A DNA stretch of 64,000 nucleotides from the human T2T-CHM13v2.0 reference genome, Homo sapiens (GCF_009914755.1 NC_060926.1), one strand, 5' to 3'; numbered from the stretch's first letter, positions 14,010 to 28,290 are shown. Numbers and translations are program-made. Notes: generated by a model from the letters alone, not told the origin.

Positions 14010-14200
14010 GACAGCTACAATGTGCTAGACACCATGCTATGTTCTTAATTCACCCATATGTCAACTGTGTAAAAGTTTCTTTCATCCCTATTTTGCATAT
14101 GAGTGGATGAAGGCTCAGAAAAGTTTTCCGAAGTTCTCTCAACTCCCAAATGAGAGAGGCAGGGTTTGGTAGCAAGTCAGTGTGGGTGCAAAGCCCCTGC
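14010..14200 (-). mobile_element. MIR
   Basis: atccctattttgcatatgagtggatgaaggctcagaaaagtt. Confidence 0.6.
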
Positions 14201-14699
14201 TCCTTTTTTTTTTCCATTACAGCATCCATCATCCTGAAACAAAGTTTATTAAGCACTTTGGAGTGGACTGAGGAGCAGAGTGGTCTGCCTTCCAAAGTCA
14301 AGAGGATGCTGTTAATGGAACAGGGGACAAATGGAAAATGCCAAGGCTAAGTGTTTCCTAATGGAGTTTCTTGGCATAGAAGTGTGGCATCATACAGAGG
14401 CTGCTCTGCACAAAGTAGCTTGTGGAGTCCAGCCACTGGGGCAAAGTTTCACCAACACAGGGGTAACCAGGCAAACTGGAGCCCACTCACTGGAAACAGC
14501 TGCCTCTCCCCACTCCCCCGCCTCTTTTATCCAGGTCAGGTGGGGCTAGCTTTGCTTCAACATGGCCAATAAAACCTCACCCCAGAAACCTTCCCCAGTG
14601 TAACCCCAATTTGGAGAAAAGCCATGTGAATTGAAGCCCAGTGGCCAATTCGGATTCAGTCTGAGCAAGGTCATGAAAACACTGCATTGCTGGCTGGTT

Positions 14700-15080
14700 G
14701 GTCTGCTAGGCCTCCTGTAACCAAATAATCACAAACCTTGTGGTTTAAACAACAGAAATTGATTTCTCACAAATATGAAAAAGTTACTTCTCACATGTGG
14801 AAGCTAGATGTCTAAGATCAAGGCATCAGCAGGTTGAGGTTGTCTCGAGGCCTCTGCCCTTGGCTTGCAGATCACCACCTTCTTCTCACGTGGCCTTTTC
14901 TCTGTGCACATACACTCCTGGTATCTCCCTCTCTTCTTCTAAGGACACCAATTGCATTGGACTAGGGTCCATCCCTGTGACTTCATTTAACCTTAGTCAT
15001 CTCCAAGGCCTTAACTCCAAATACAGTCACACTGGGGAGTGAAGATGCCAACATACACATTTTGAGAGTGCACAGGTCAG
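14700..15080 (-). mobile_element. MaLR LTR (MLT1A0/MLT1B-like)
   Basis: gtaaccaaataatcacaaaccttgtggtttaaacaacagaaatt...aaggacaccaattgcattggactaggg...ctccaaatacagtcacact. Confidence 0.8.
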
Positions 15081-15281
15081 GAAAGAAGGTGTTCTAGTGA
15101 AATTTTCATTGCAAATATATTCAAATGGAAAAACCATGAGGGCAGTTAGCAATGGGATAACATTTAGAAACACTTAGAATAGTAGTTCTCAACGCTGGCT
15201 GCACGTGAAATCACGTCGGGAACTTTCTAAAACTGCCAATGTTTGGGTTCTAATCTCGAACATAAGAACCCCAGGGATTGG

Positions 15282-15320
15282 TGTATTAGTCAGAGATCTC
15301 CAGAGAAACAGAACCAATGA

Positions 15321-15364
<44 letters not shown>

Positions 15365-15729
15365 TAAAGAGAGAAAGAGACACAGAGAGAGATTTTCAGA
15401 TATTGGCTCATGTGATTATGGAGGCTGGCAAGTCCACAGTCTGAAGAGTCGGCCAGCAGGCTGGAGACCCAGGGAAAAGCTGATGCTGTAGCTTGATTCT
15501 GGAGGTAGAATTTCCTCTGCCTTTGGACAGAGCTGCCTTTTTTTCAACTGATTGAACAAGGCCTATCCACATTATGGAAGTTAATCTGCTTCATCCAAAG
15601 TCTACTTATTTAAATGTTAATCTCATCTAAAAACTACCTTCATGAATATTTCCACACTGATGTTTGGCCAATATACCAATATTTTGGTACCATGTGCTAA
15701 CCAAGTTGACACATAAAATTAACCATCCA
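15282..15729 (-). mobile_element. ERVL solo LTR, MLT2 family (B/C/D-like)
   Basis: tgtattagtcagagatctccagagaaacagaaccaat ... caagttgacacataaaattaaccatc. Confidence 0.85.
15325..15362. repeat. (TG)19 microsatellite inside MLT2
   Basis: Perfect dinucleotide run read directly. Confidence 0.97.
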
Positions 15730-15739
15730 GCTGGTAGTC

Positions 15740-16049
15740 TTTTTTTTTTTTTTTTTTTTTTTTAGATGGAGTCTCACTCTGTCACCCAGGCTGGAGTGCA
15801 GTGCAGTGGTGCTATCTCATCTCACTGCAACCTCTGCCTCCTAGGTTCCAGTGATTCTCCTGCCTCAGCCTCCAGAGTATCTGGGATTACAGGCATGCAC
15901 CACCACACCTGGCTAAGTTTTGTATTTTTGGTAGAAATGGGGTTTCACCATGTTGGCCAGGGTGGTCTCAAACTCCTGACGTCAGGTGATCCACCCACCT
16001 CGGCCTCCCAAAGTGCTGTGATTACAGACATGAGCAACCGTGCCTGGTC
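15740..16049 (-). mobile_element. Full-length AluS (Sx/Sz-like)
   Basis: T24 tail then Alu body; TSD ccagctggtagtcttt at 15727-15742 and 16050-16065. Confidence 0.93.
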
Positions 16050-16277
16050 CCAGCTGGTAGTCTTTAATAGCTCTTCTGGTGATTCCAACATGCCATCAGG
16101 GTTGAGGGCTATTGACCCAGGACCAGGGCTTTCAGAGCCAAGAAACAGGATTCTGCCTCACATACCAGGCTCTTTCCACCCTGCCTCAGTCAGAGGAGCC
16201 ACTTTCTTCACTGGTTCCTCAGTCTCTTTTGCTCAGGTACTGGTTCTCCTTGGCTGCTCTTCTGCTGATTTTGGGGG

Positions 16278-16420
16278 GAGCTTAAACAATACTAATGCCC
16301 AGGTTCCAATGCAAGAGATTTTGGTTTGCTTGGTAGGAGGTAATCAAAATTGCAAATGCAGAGTACAGCCTGGGCATCAAGGATTTCTTCCCCAGGAAAT
16401 TCTAAACAACCATTCAAGGA
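16278..16420. mobile_element. MER5A-like fragment
   Basis: cttaaacaatactaatgcccagg...gcctgggcatc...cccaggaaattctaa. Confidence 0.5.
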
Positions 16421-16689
16421 GTCCCACGTATTTATTCAAGCCTTCAACTTACATTAGGTTCATGAGAAACTTACCTTCTAAGCTGCAGTTTATTTGTAAA
16501 TCTTGCCTCATTAGGGAATATGGTATTGCCAACATACTTGTATTTCCTTGATAGGGAAAAAATGTGTACCACAAAGTCTTCCTTAATAAAGTGAACCACT
16601 TAGACCCTCATGCTTGGATATTTATTCCTGCCAGAAACGTGTATTGACCAGCTTCCATCCCATGCCATGTGAGCAACCCATGCAGTCCC

Positions 16690-17860
16690 ACAGGAGAGAA
16701 AAGGGTGAGAAGACATTGTGTCTCTGCTTAAGAAAGTTACTGTCGAATAGAGAAAGCAGATAGTAATGTCACCGTTATACAAACATGGTGATTGCTGGAG
16801 GCAGGCGGTGGAGAACAAGAGCTGTATGAGCCCAGAGTATTTCTCAAGGTAGAAAAAGGAGTCGGGAAAGACATGCGGGCAGACACGAGAGCTGCACTAA
16901 GGCCCAGCTGTGTGACGGTTGGTGAGGCGCTCAGGAAATGCCAGCCTCTGGTGCTGGTGAGTCACTGAGTTCATGGGAGGAGTGGCTGGAAAGCTGGTTT
17001 GAGATTAGATAGTAGAGAGCCTCGTAAGCTAGACTAAGGAGTTGGAAGTTTTTAAAATAAGCTCTAAGGTTTTTATGAGAGATAGAATTTACCAATGTTT
17101 TAACAAAAATTATATGAAAGCAAGCAAAGGGCAGCATTGGGAAGAGGGAGGGCAGACTCAAAGGAAGGTTCTAGAAACATCCAGGGAAACAATTACAAAG
17201 ACCTGAACTAGGGAATTGACAATGGAAATTAACAGAATGGAAAAGATGGAAAGCAGGAAATAGACGAGCCTAGGTAAGTGGCAGAGCCAGCACTTGAATC
17301 AGGGTCTTGGCTCTCATTTAACATGCACCCAAACAGAAACATGCAGACACACACACAGACACACACACACACATAGACACATGAACACCTGCTCACACAC
17401 ACACACACGCATACACGCATGCAGAGACACAGACACACACAGATACACATGCATACAGGCACACACAGAGACACAGACACAGGCACTTGCACAGACACAC
17501 ACGCACACACACACACCGAGGGCAGAATATGTGCCACTCACTGGCCAGATCCTGGGGACATAGAGATAGATATGGTTGCTGGCCTCATGGTGCTTACAGT
17601 TGAGAGGGGGAAATTGATAGATAGAAAGCCAGAGAACGTTACTGAAATAAGCAAAGGAGAAAGACAGGTGGACCAGACTTACAGGGGATAAAGCTTTTGG
17701 GATAAAGCTTCTCGAATGAAAAAAACATCTAAGAGGGTATCAGAAAAGTCAGTGGGAGTGAAAGGCTAGAAGGGCAGACAGGGGAGGGAGGTTGGGCTCC
17801 AGGCAGAGGGAATGGCAGGTGGGAAGCCCAGAAGTGACATTGCGAGAGCACACATGAGTG
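16690..17860 (-). mobile_element. Decayed L2 segments flanking a CA-rich repeat
   Basis: L2-type 'gagagcctcgtaagctagactaaggagttggaag' and 'tccaggcagagggaatggcagg'. Confidence 0.5.
17325..17516. repeat. Degenerate (CA)n/(CAGA)n low-complexity repeat
   Basis: Read directly; it explains the TH- and CV-rich ORFs here. Confidence 0.92.
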
Positions 17861-18283
17861 CGTCTAACTCCACTGAATGAGCTTGGTATGGCACCACCAA
17901 GCGGTAGCAAAGATGGTGGTGGGAAAGGAACCTGGAGAGGTGAGCAGGGCAAATTTGACAGTGCCTATCTCCGTCCTGGAACTGACTCTCTGCGGAGCTC
18001 TGAACAATGGCAAAGGCGTGCACCCCTCTTCTCCCCAGCAGGCTGCTCACAGCTATGCCTAGAATAGAGCACATGGTCTGTTCAGCAAAGGAGTGAACTG
18101 TTCAAAGGATATTTTAATGATAAAGGAGGAAATATTCTTCTGTATGAAAATATTGTAGAAAAAAAGTGGGTCACTTCAACCTGGCAAAATATGAATATGG
18201 GATTAGATGTGTAAATCCATGGCAGATTTAAAGTGAGGGTATGAATTCTCAATAGATATTCATAGTCTTAAAGAAAAATATCC

Positions 18284-18586
18284 GGCCAGGCGCAGTGGCT
18301 CACGCCTGTAATCCCAGCACTTTGGGAGGTCAAGGCTGACAGATCACCTGAGGTCAGGAGTTTGAGACCAGCCTGGCCAATGTGGTGAAACCCTGTCTCT
18401 ACGAAAAATACAAAAATTAGCTGGGTGTGGTTGTGGGCGCCTGTAATCCCAGCTACTTGGGAGGCTGAGGCAGGAGAATCACTTGAATCCGGGAGGCAGA
18501 GGTTTCAGTGAGCTGAGATCATACCATTGCACTCCAGCCTGGGCAACAGAGCAAGACTCTGTATCCAAAAAAAAAAAAAAAAAAAA
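18284..18586 (+). mobile_element. Full-length AluSx-like
   Basis: ggccaggcgcagtggctcacgcc...gatcacctgaggtcaggag...A20 tail; partial TSD ending atcc. Confidence 0.93.
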
Positions 18587-19165
18587 TCCAAGCTCCTTAA
18601 AATGGGGAAGATCATGACAGCAACAGCCTCAGGTCTGTGTCTGGCCTCATTGGTCACCTTCCTCTGCTGCAGGTCTACTGAACCACTTGTGCTTATCAGG
18701 TTGTGCCGAATTCTTTCCCTCTTCTTCCATTCACATCCCCATCTTGCCTACCTGGTAAACTCCCAGTTGCTCTTCTAGTCTCAACTCAAGTGCTGACTTC
18801 TCTAAGAGATGGTCTTAAACTCCTCATAAGACAAAGTCAGATAACTCCTTCTTCAAGCTAAAATAGTATATTCCTATTTGATTATGTGCCACATTGGATT
18901 CTGAACACCTGCCTAGAGGTCTGGGTGCCCCGTCACCTGGAAACTCATGTTGTATCCATTTCTAAACTTTTAGGGGTTGAAGCTACAACAATCAATAAGG
19001 ATAGGCACCCTGTTTACCTAAGTACAATATTTTTCTCAATCTTTATAATACACAATGCTACAGTCTTTTTTTGTAGTAAAACTAAATCCAAATAAATAAG
19101 TGGTAAAACTGAGCTGTGAGACCAAAGCTCCTGCTCTTCATCACTGGCCAGTCCAGATTCCAGGA

Positions 19166-19595
19166 TGCTGTGGTTTGAATATGGTTTGTTTGGCCCTGCT
19201 AAGTCTCATATTAAAATTTGATCCCCATTGTGGGAGGTAAGGTTGCATAGGGTGGGAGGCATTTGGATCCTGGGGGTGAGGTTGGGTCCCTCATGAACGT
19301 CATGGTGCCTTTCTCATGGGAGTGTGAGTTCTTACTTTTGGTTCCCCTGAAAACTGATTGCTAAAAAGAGCCTGGCGCCTCCTCCTCTCCCTCTTGCTTC
19401 CTCTCTTGCCATCTGACTTCTGCATAGGCTGGCTCCTCCTCAACTACGGCCGTGAGTGGAAGCAGCCTGAAGCCTCACCAGAAGCAAGTGTGGGCGCCAT
19501 GCTTTTTGTACAGCCTGCAGAACCAAATAAACCTCTTTTATTTATAAGTTACCCAGCCTCAGGTATTGCTTTACAGAAACACAAACAGACTGACA
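19166..19595 (+). mobile_element. MaLR solo LTR, MSTB-like
   Basis: tgctgtggtttgaatatggtttgtttggccc...ccaaataaacctcttt...cagactgaca; 5-bp TSD cagga at 19161-19165 and 19596-19600. Confidence 0.88.
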
Positions 19596-20037
19596 CAGGA
19601 ATAGAATAATTTCAATGAATAAATAAATAGAATCTTATAACCAAATCATAGAAGTGGCAGCTCCCTTTTAAAACTTAGTGTTCCTTTCAAAACATATTCC
19701 TAACATAGCACAATAACTACTCGTTTGATAAATCCATGCAACTTGAGGTTATCTAGTACAGGGCTGAGGTGTGCATAATTTAATTCTCCACTTTTCTGGC
19801 ACTGGGGCTCCAGCTGAGGGAGATTTCTAGGTAAATGGGCACTGTCCATGTTAGTGCACTCTTGGGGGATACAGATGGCACACTGGACATTGACCACAGT
19901 TAATTTTGCTGAATGCTTCCTGGGCAATAATGGTTTCTCTGCTGTTTTAAAATGTTAGAAGCTGCAGTGGGGTAACTGCTTTCCAAGCTGAATGTTTGAC
20001 ATCTGCTTGTCATCAAACTTTATTCAAACTAAGCTAA

Positions 20038-20340
<303 letters not shown>

Positions 20341-21237
20341 CTAAGCTGGTACCTAGAATACCTGTCCTCTTTCCAAAGTAACAATGATAACAACAGCTAC
20401 TACTACTTATTAGTCGCTTATACCATGTGGCAAGCAGTGTTATGAATCAAGAAGTATATCATCCCAGTTCACACAGCTACATTACAAAAACTGTTATTCA
20501 TCCCAATTCACACAGCTACTAAATAATGAAGGCGATATTTAAATGCTTAAATTGGATGTTTCTAGAACAGAGGCTGTCCATAGCAGCATCCACAGAATAC
20601 CTAGCTACTTTTGTTTCAAATGTCCTGTACCTGTGCTTTCTTTCTCTTCACTCTTTAGAGAGGCAGGTTTTTTTAAAAAAGTGGCTCATGGTTCCCTCTT
20701 AGCTGCGGCATAAATCATTAAAGTCACCATGACTCTGCCCAGGTCACCACTCCAGTCTCCTCTCCTGCAATGCCTCCATGCCCTGTGCCAGACCAACCCC
20801 ACTCAGGCCAGGTACTCCTCTCTTAGGCCTCCTATGCTTTATCCATGGCAGCCCATTGGCTTTGAGCATCCTTTCCCTTCTTTTCTCCAGGCAAAACCCT
20901 GCTCATTTTTCTATCCCAGATCCTTTGTTACTCACTCTACGCAGGAGAGAGCTCTAATCCACTAGCACCTGTGAGGCACACAACACATATGGCACTTTAT
21001 ACAATTCTCTGTTCACTTTTATGTCTTCCTCACCTGACCATGATAACTTTTAGGAGAAAACACTTTGTTTTAATGCATCTCTTTCTACTTAATCCTCACA
21101 CATGGGCTGATGTGTAGTAGGCTTTCTGCAAATTCCATTCATTCATTAATTCAACAAATATTTATTGATTATCTTTTTATGTTTTAGCCATGGTAATTAT
21201 TGCTAAAGACAAATATAACATAACCCCTGCCCTTTAG

Positions 21238-21705
21238 TTATGAAATTTTCAATGTCAAGTAACTGGAAATGCTGACCCAACTGAACTAAACGAAAAGGAA
21301 AATTGGAAAGGATTTTCTGGCCCCTAGGGTCAGTTCAGCTGCTCAACGGCATCATCAAGACCCAGGTTCTTTCCACATTTCTTCTACCAACTCAAGCATG
21401 TAGGCTAAGAACCACTCTTAGGTCATAAGGCAGCTACGACAGTTCCAAGAAGCACATCTAGGCACAATTATATCTAGGGAATAATTACCTGTCTTTCTTT
21501 TAATCAGCAAAGAAAACACTTCTATGCTCCCAGCAAGACTCACCTGGCCATGCCTAAGTCAACACCCTCAAGAGGCAGTAGATGAGTGAACATGTAAGTG
21601 CTGTCAGCCTCCAGGGATGGATAAGGCTTGCTTCCTCTGACTGCATGTCTGCCTGGAAAATGGGAGGACAGTGAGTTTTAGGCGAACAACCAAAATTGTT
21701 ATCTA
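21238..21705 (-). mobile_element. Old MaLR LTR (MLT1K/L-like)
   Basis: caagtaactggaaatgctgacccaactgaactaaac...gctcaacggcatcatcaagacccaggttctttcca. Confidence 0.55.
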
Positions 21706-22247
21706 CAAGAAGTTTACAGACATGGAGGTTCACAAACAAGAAGCTCATACCCAGTCTTGACATATAAAAAGAGGTGGGAATAAGTGTTATTATCATGATG
21801 AAATCAACGTGCTGCTGCGAGGGAGACTAATTCAGGCCAAGGTCCAGGTGACATCTGAGCTGCAGATTTCATATTAAAGGTGACATCTTAGTTGCGCCTT
21901 AATTTAAAAAGAATATGATTTTGACTGCTGGATAAAGGGGAAAAGACCGGGGAAGGCAAATAGATGACCACATTGCTCATGGAGAAAGTGATTCTTTTCA
22001 AGTGACTCATTCAAAATGGCTGCTGCATAGCACATGATGAGAAATGCCTGTGACAGATGAGGCAGAAGAAATGACCTCTTTAGCATGATGGTTACTTGAA
22101 CTCAGGAGAACCAGGAACACCTTTGTTTGGTGGTGAACTTCATCTTGAAATCTTTGGCCTTAGCAGCCTACAGATGCTGAGTGATTGTTAAATGGACAAG
22201 TGTATTTGCAGGGAAATTCAATTCCTGTTTTAAAATTACTTATTCCT

Positions 22248-23307
22248 CCCATCTGACAAGGGATTCATAACCAGAATATACAAGGAGCTCAAACAACTCT
22301 ATAGGGAAAAAAATCTAAGAATCTGATCAAAATGGGCAAAAGTTCTGGATAGACATTTCTTAAAAGAAGACATACAAGTGGCCTATGAAGAGGTTCTCAA
22401 CATCGTGTATCACTAGAGAAATGCAAATATAAACTGCAATGAAATATCATCTCATTCTGGTTAAAATGGCCTGTATCCAAAAGACACGCAATAGCAAATG
22501 CTGGTGAGGATGTGGAGAAAAGGGATCACGTGTACACTGTGGGAATGTAAATTAGTACAACCACCATGAAGATCAGTTTGTAGGTTCCTCAAAAAAACTA
22601 AAAATTGAGCTACCATATGATCCAGCAATCCCACTGTGGGGCATATACTCGAAAGAAAGGAAATCAGTGAGTCAAAGAGATATCTGCACTTCTACGTTGC
22701 AACACTGTTTATAATAACTAAGATTTAGAAGCAATGTAAGTGTTCATCAACCAATGAATGGGTAAAGAAAATGTGGTACAGATACACAGTGGAGTACTAT
22801 TCAGCCATAAAAAAGGAGATCCTGTCATTTGCAACAACATGGGTGGAACTGGAGATCATTACATTAAGCAAAATAAACCTGGAACAGAAAGACAAACATC
22901 ACATGTTCTCACCTATTTGTGGGATCTAAAAATCAAAACAATTGAACTCATGGACATAGAGAGTGGAAGGATGGTTACCAGAGGCTGGGAAGGGTGGTGG
23001 GGGGCTGGAGGGGAGGCAGGGATGGTTAATGGGTACAAAAAAATAGAAAGAATAAATAAGACTTACTATTTGATAGCACAACACAGTGACTATTAAATAG
23101 TAGCTTAATTGCACATTTTAAAATAAAGAGTGTAATTGGATTGTTTATAACTCAAAGGATAAACGCTTGAGGGGATAGATACCTCATTCTCCATGATGTG
23201 CTCATTTCACATTGCATGCATGTATCAAAACGTCTCATGTGTGCCATAAATACATCTACGATGTACCCACAAAAATTTTTAAAAAATGAATACATAAAAA
23301 ATAAAAA
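22248..23307 (+). mobile_element. 5'-truncated L1, L1MA1-3-like (ORF2 C-terminus remnant plus 3' UTR)
   Basis: catctgacaagggattcataaccagaatatacaaggagctc...ccatatgatccagcaatccc...A-rich tail; decayed 17-bp TSD (15/17) at 22231-22247 and 23308-23324. Confidence 0.9.
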
Positions 23308-23773
23308 TAAAATTATTTACTCCTTAAGCTCTTCCAAAGGTTTTGTCAATTAATGTGACACTTAAAAGCCCTTTGATGTCTTAGACTCAGGAAGCTGAGT
23401 GTGCACCAGAATGCACAATCTTCAACATCCAGAAACGCTGGCAAAGCATCTTTCAAAGCCTCTGCCCATTGTTAACCCCAACCCTGGGAGATCTCTTTTT
23501 CTTTTTGTGTAAAAAAAATTTGGAGAACCGTACTACGGGTGACGGAGCTGAGGGACCTCTGGCCTTTCTTGCTGAGGTTGTGGGGTCCTCAGCGTTCTTC
23601 CCTCATCAGTCCAATCCTGCTTGCTGAAGGGGCCAGTGCCTACATTCTCAAGGTGCTTCCCAACATGAAGCTCCTGACACTTGTTATCCTGTCTCTGGCG
23701 ATCCTAGCTCCTGAAATCCCAGCTTTCTGCTCACTGGAATGATTCGCCAAGGACCATAGATAGTCACACTGGA

Positions 23774-24173
<400 letters not shown>

Positions 24174-24519
24174 TTAGAACTGGAACCCAGGCTTCCTGAT
24201 TACCATCCAATGTCTTTTGAATACGCCACATGTGTTTCTTATACCTGAGTTTAATTTCAAAGGCACTCTGTGTGTAAACCTCCTTGCTAAGTGTTCTGAT
24301 TTTTTCACCACGTGCTCATTTATAATTATTACTCCCTCAGCATTGTAGTAAACTGTATCTCTGTTCCCTGAATGCACTGTGCATTTTGCAATGAACCTGT
24401 TCATCTTGTTCTTTCAGGACTTATCATTCATACTCTCTTCTTCTCAAGTGTTACTATTCTCTTCTCCTAGGGCACAAATCAACTCAAGCATTGAATTGCT
24501 TTATCATTCCAGGTACTAA

Positions 24520-24996
<477 letters not shown>

Positions 24997-27084
24997 TAAA
25001 AATTTTCAAGCAGATGCCATGTCAGATGCTTAATATGTGTGAGGTCATTTCATTCTGACAATAATTCAGGGTAAACATTATTATCCCCACTTTTCAAGGG
25101 AGAAAACTGAGGCTCAGGAGGGTGACGAACTGGGACCAGGTGTCAGTGAAGAAATAGGTGGTCCACAGTGTGAACAAAGGCTTCTTTCCTCTTGGCTCAC
25201 TGGGCTTTTCTGGCTCCCAAGGCTACATTGTTACTTAGGTTTGATGGGAGAAGTTCTACTTGATAGTGAAAATCAGGTGAAATTATCGCTGTATTCCATT
25301 TCTCTGGCAATAGATGTGGCTGTGACGTGCTGTCTGCCAGCATTATGCATCGAGTTACATCTCTTCCCGGTTCCACACATCCTGTGGATAACTCAAGCGC
25401 CAGCCAGCCGTTAAAATCATTTCTTCCAAATGAGGGTGGTGGGACCTGACATGTGGATGTTTCCTGCTTCCAAATCCAAGAAATGAAGGTAACTGACTCC
25501 AAGCTAAAAGAGAATCATCCTCATCTGTGGCAATCACTTAGCAGTGTCTCTAGCTGCGGCTCTGCAGTGCGTCTGACAACTCAGCTTATCAGCAAGGATA
25601 AGAAAGCCTGTGGGGTCAGAGCTGATGGAAGGAGGGGAGCTTGAATGGTGAAATGGGGAGGAGGTAGGAGCACCCTGCCTGGAGATGCAGCCCAGAGGAA
25701 TAATATGTGAATCTCACATGACTCAGCCCTCTGTGCAGGTAATAAAATCTCAACGAGACATGAGCTTATTTAAGAAAACACGCAGGAAGAATTCATCATT
25801 GATGTGGCTATTTTGGGAGATGAAAGGGAGCGTGAAACGGAGGAACATGTGAAAAGCATTCAAGCTGAGTGAGTGTGATAGAAAACTAAGATTTCCCTTC
25901 ATAATTGAACAGTAAAAATCAAATGTGTCCCCATCTTTCAAGTCTTCGGATTGGAAGAGTGAGGTTTGGGTGCAGATGTTGGCAGTTCTTTACTCCCTGG
26001 ATAAACAGATTGTGGTTTTGAGATTGACGGATTTTGGAAGGGATTGCTTTTTTATTTTTTTATTGTTGCTAAGAGAAACCAGGTCTCAAATGCAATCTCT
26101 TGGGCTTGGGAATGGAGATTCCCCACGCCAGCCCTTGAACGTGCCAAAGAAAAGCACCCCTGTGAAAAGAGGCACTGCTGTTAGATGTCTGCTATTACCT
26201 CATAGTGCAGGGAGAGCAGAAATCCTTTTTCTAATCACTTGCAGGAGACTCTCAGTTAAACACGATCAGCTACGAAGATGATGGGACACAGGGGAGAGTC
26301 TTCTGCCTTTGATGCAGATGTGCCAGATGTGGGCTGACACATGTTCTTTCAACTTCAGTAAAGTCCCAAGGCACAGAAGAATGAGGCAAGTTTAAGAAGT
26401 GGAAATTTGAGGCCTGCTAAAATCTGAATCCCAGCTACTCTATTCTCTCCGGGGTTCTCACAGCAGCCTTGTTTATCTTCCAGACATCCATGTCCAGCCT
26501 TATATCCCAAGTAGGAAAGGGGTCTCCAACACCTTGATTTTACCTTTCATTGTTTTTCCTGGATCTCTGATTCTGTGTCTTCCTAACTCTCCTGACTTCT
26601 GACTTCTGACATCACCAATTGTTCATTCAGTCCCACATATTTATGAAGTCCTTTCAAGGTCTCTGTTCTCCCGTCTAAGCCCCCTCCCTTCACTTTCCTC
26701 CTTTTCTGATGCTCAGCCCATGGAAACATTTCTTGTTCACCATTTGGATTTTCTTCCTGGTTAAGCCACCCAGGGCAAACATCCCTCAAACCCTACTGCC
26801 CTGGGACTGTTGACTCTGGCATCCTCTGTATGAAATACTCCTCCCTTCCCACCTCCATCTCAATCAGGGTTGCCAGACCCCTTTAGAAAACCTACACATT
26901 CACCCTGCAGTCTACCTTACGAATGCCACAGTTGCTCTGATATTGTCTCTCTTGGCCTAGAAAACATCAATGACTTTCTACTGGTCCAAACCAGCTATCC
27001 CAAAAGTGTCTCCTGAGGATAGAATCAGTGTCTGGTTGAGATTGATTCTAATACAAGATTCAAAGCAGTGTCTTTCTGCTCTTT

Positions 27085-28290
27085 GTAAATATTTATTGAA
27101 TCCCTCTCTGGTGTAGGACCTTAATAAGATTCTGTGGATACAGTGATGACAAATTAGATGTGTCCAGTGCCTCGTGATAGTTACCATTTGTCATGGAAGA
27201 CATCAAACAACTAACACTGTGAAGATTAGTTTGAAGAAAGGCAAAGGGTGTTATATAAATGCAAAAGGGGGAATGGGTCTGGCAAACATAGTCTGAAAAA
27301 TCAGAGAAGATTGAGACCTAGAGTGTGAGGAGGGATTCATTAGGCCAGGTCCAGGGACAATAGTGGCAGGTGGCAGGAACCATATATGTCAAGACCATAT
27401 TGCTGGAAACAGCAGATGTGTTCAGGACCCAGAAGGAAGGTGGAATGGCTTGAGGACATGTGATGCTTTCAAGCAATGATTCTTGAGGGACTTTGTATAA
27501 TCATCTGGAACACACACTCAAAATACATTCTGATTCTCATCCCCAATTGTTGAATAAGAGTCTCTGTGGATGAAACTCTGGTAGATAGGATACAAAAATG
27601 GTTGTGTTTTTCACTCTCTCCTAAGCCCATGACATGTGTGATGTAACTTCGCAGCTCTTGGAGGTGGGGTCTCTTTCTTTGGAATCTGGGCTGGCTCTTG
27701 AACCACTTTGGCCAACAGAATAAAATAGAAGTATTCTCATGCCAACTATGAGCCCAAGACTCAAGAAGTAGTGTGTGCTTCTGACCCTCTCTCAGAACCT
27801 GCCCCCCTCCCCATGTAAACAAGAGCAGACTAGCCTGGTGCAGAATGAGAGACCACATGGAGGACCAGCCTACTTATCCCTCTGAGACCATCCTAGATCA
27901 GCCTATAGCAAGCCAGTCCCTGAACATACAAGCAAGTCCAGCCCAGATCAGCAGAGCCGCTTACCCTAGGAGCAGATGCATCAGTAAATCCAGAGGAGAC
28001 CAATGGCTTAAACAATAATCATTGCAACAATAATAACTGGTTCTGTGTTAAGTCACTGAGTGGTTATTTATGCCAAAAAAATCTGTTACTAGAGACAACA
28101 ATTAGTGAGATAGGCAGAGGAGGTCAGCTTGAGTAGGACTTTGTAGGCATGATGTGAATTTGGTGTTTTGTCCCAGGAGTTATGTGAAATTACTGAAATG
28201 TTTTGAGCATGGAAGTGGCACAATTAGGTTTGTGTTATAGAAAAATGAACTTGGCTATTCTGTGGAGTATAAATGGTGGGAGCAGGGATT
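27085..28290 (-). mobile_element. L2 interrupted by a MER5-like piece and an MLT1 LTR
   Basis: 'aaatatttattgaat' L2 end; L2-like sequence resumes at ~28100. Confidence 0.5.
27579..28090 (+). mobile_element. MaLR LTR (MLT1G/H-like)
   Basis: gaatctgggctggctcttgaaccactttggccaacagaat...gagaccacatggag...ttaagtcactgagt. Confidence 0.7.

Larger units (their letters stand above)
15181..16116. mobile_element. MER5-like hAT-Charlie MITE, split by MLT2 and Alu insertions (pieces ~15181-15281 and ~16062-16116)
   Basis: Left end agtagttctcaacgctggctgcacgtgaaatcac; right end ggtgattccaacatgccatcagggttgagggctattg. Confidence 0.7.

Noticed and set aside
15766-16551. 261-aa ORF as a protein-coding gene
   Set aside because: First ~95 aa are antisense Alu translation and the rest crosses MER5 relics; no recognisable domain (kept only as a splice-site observation)
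17229-17691. CV- and TH-rich ORFs
   Set aside because: Translation of a CA/TG low-complexity repeat
22758-23114. 112-aa and 62-aa ORFs
   Set aside because: Out-of-frame or antisense readings of a decayed L1MA
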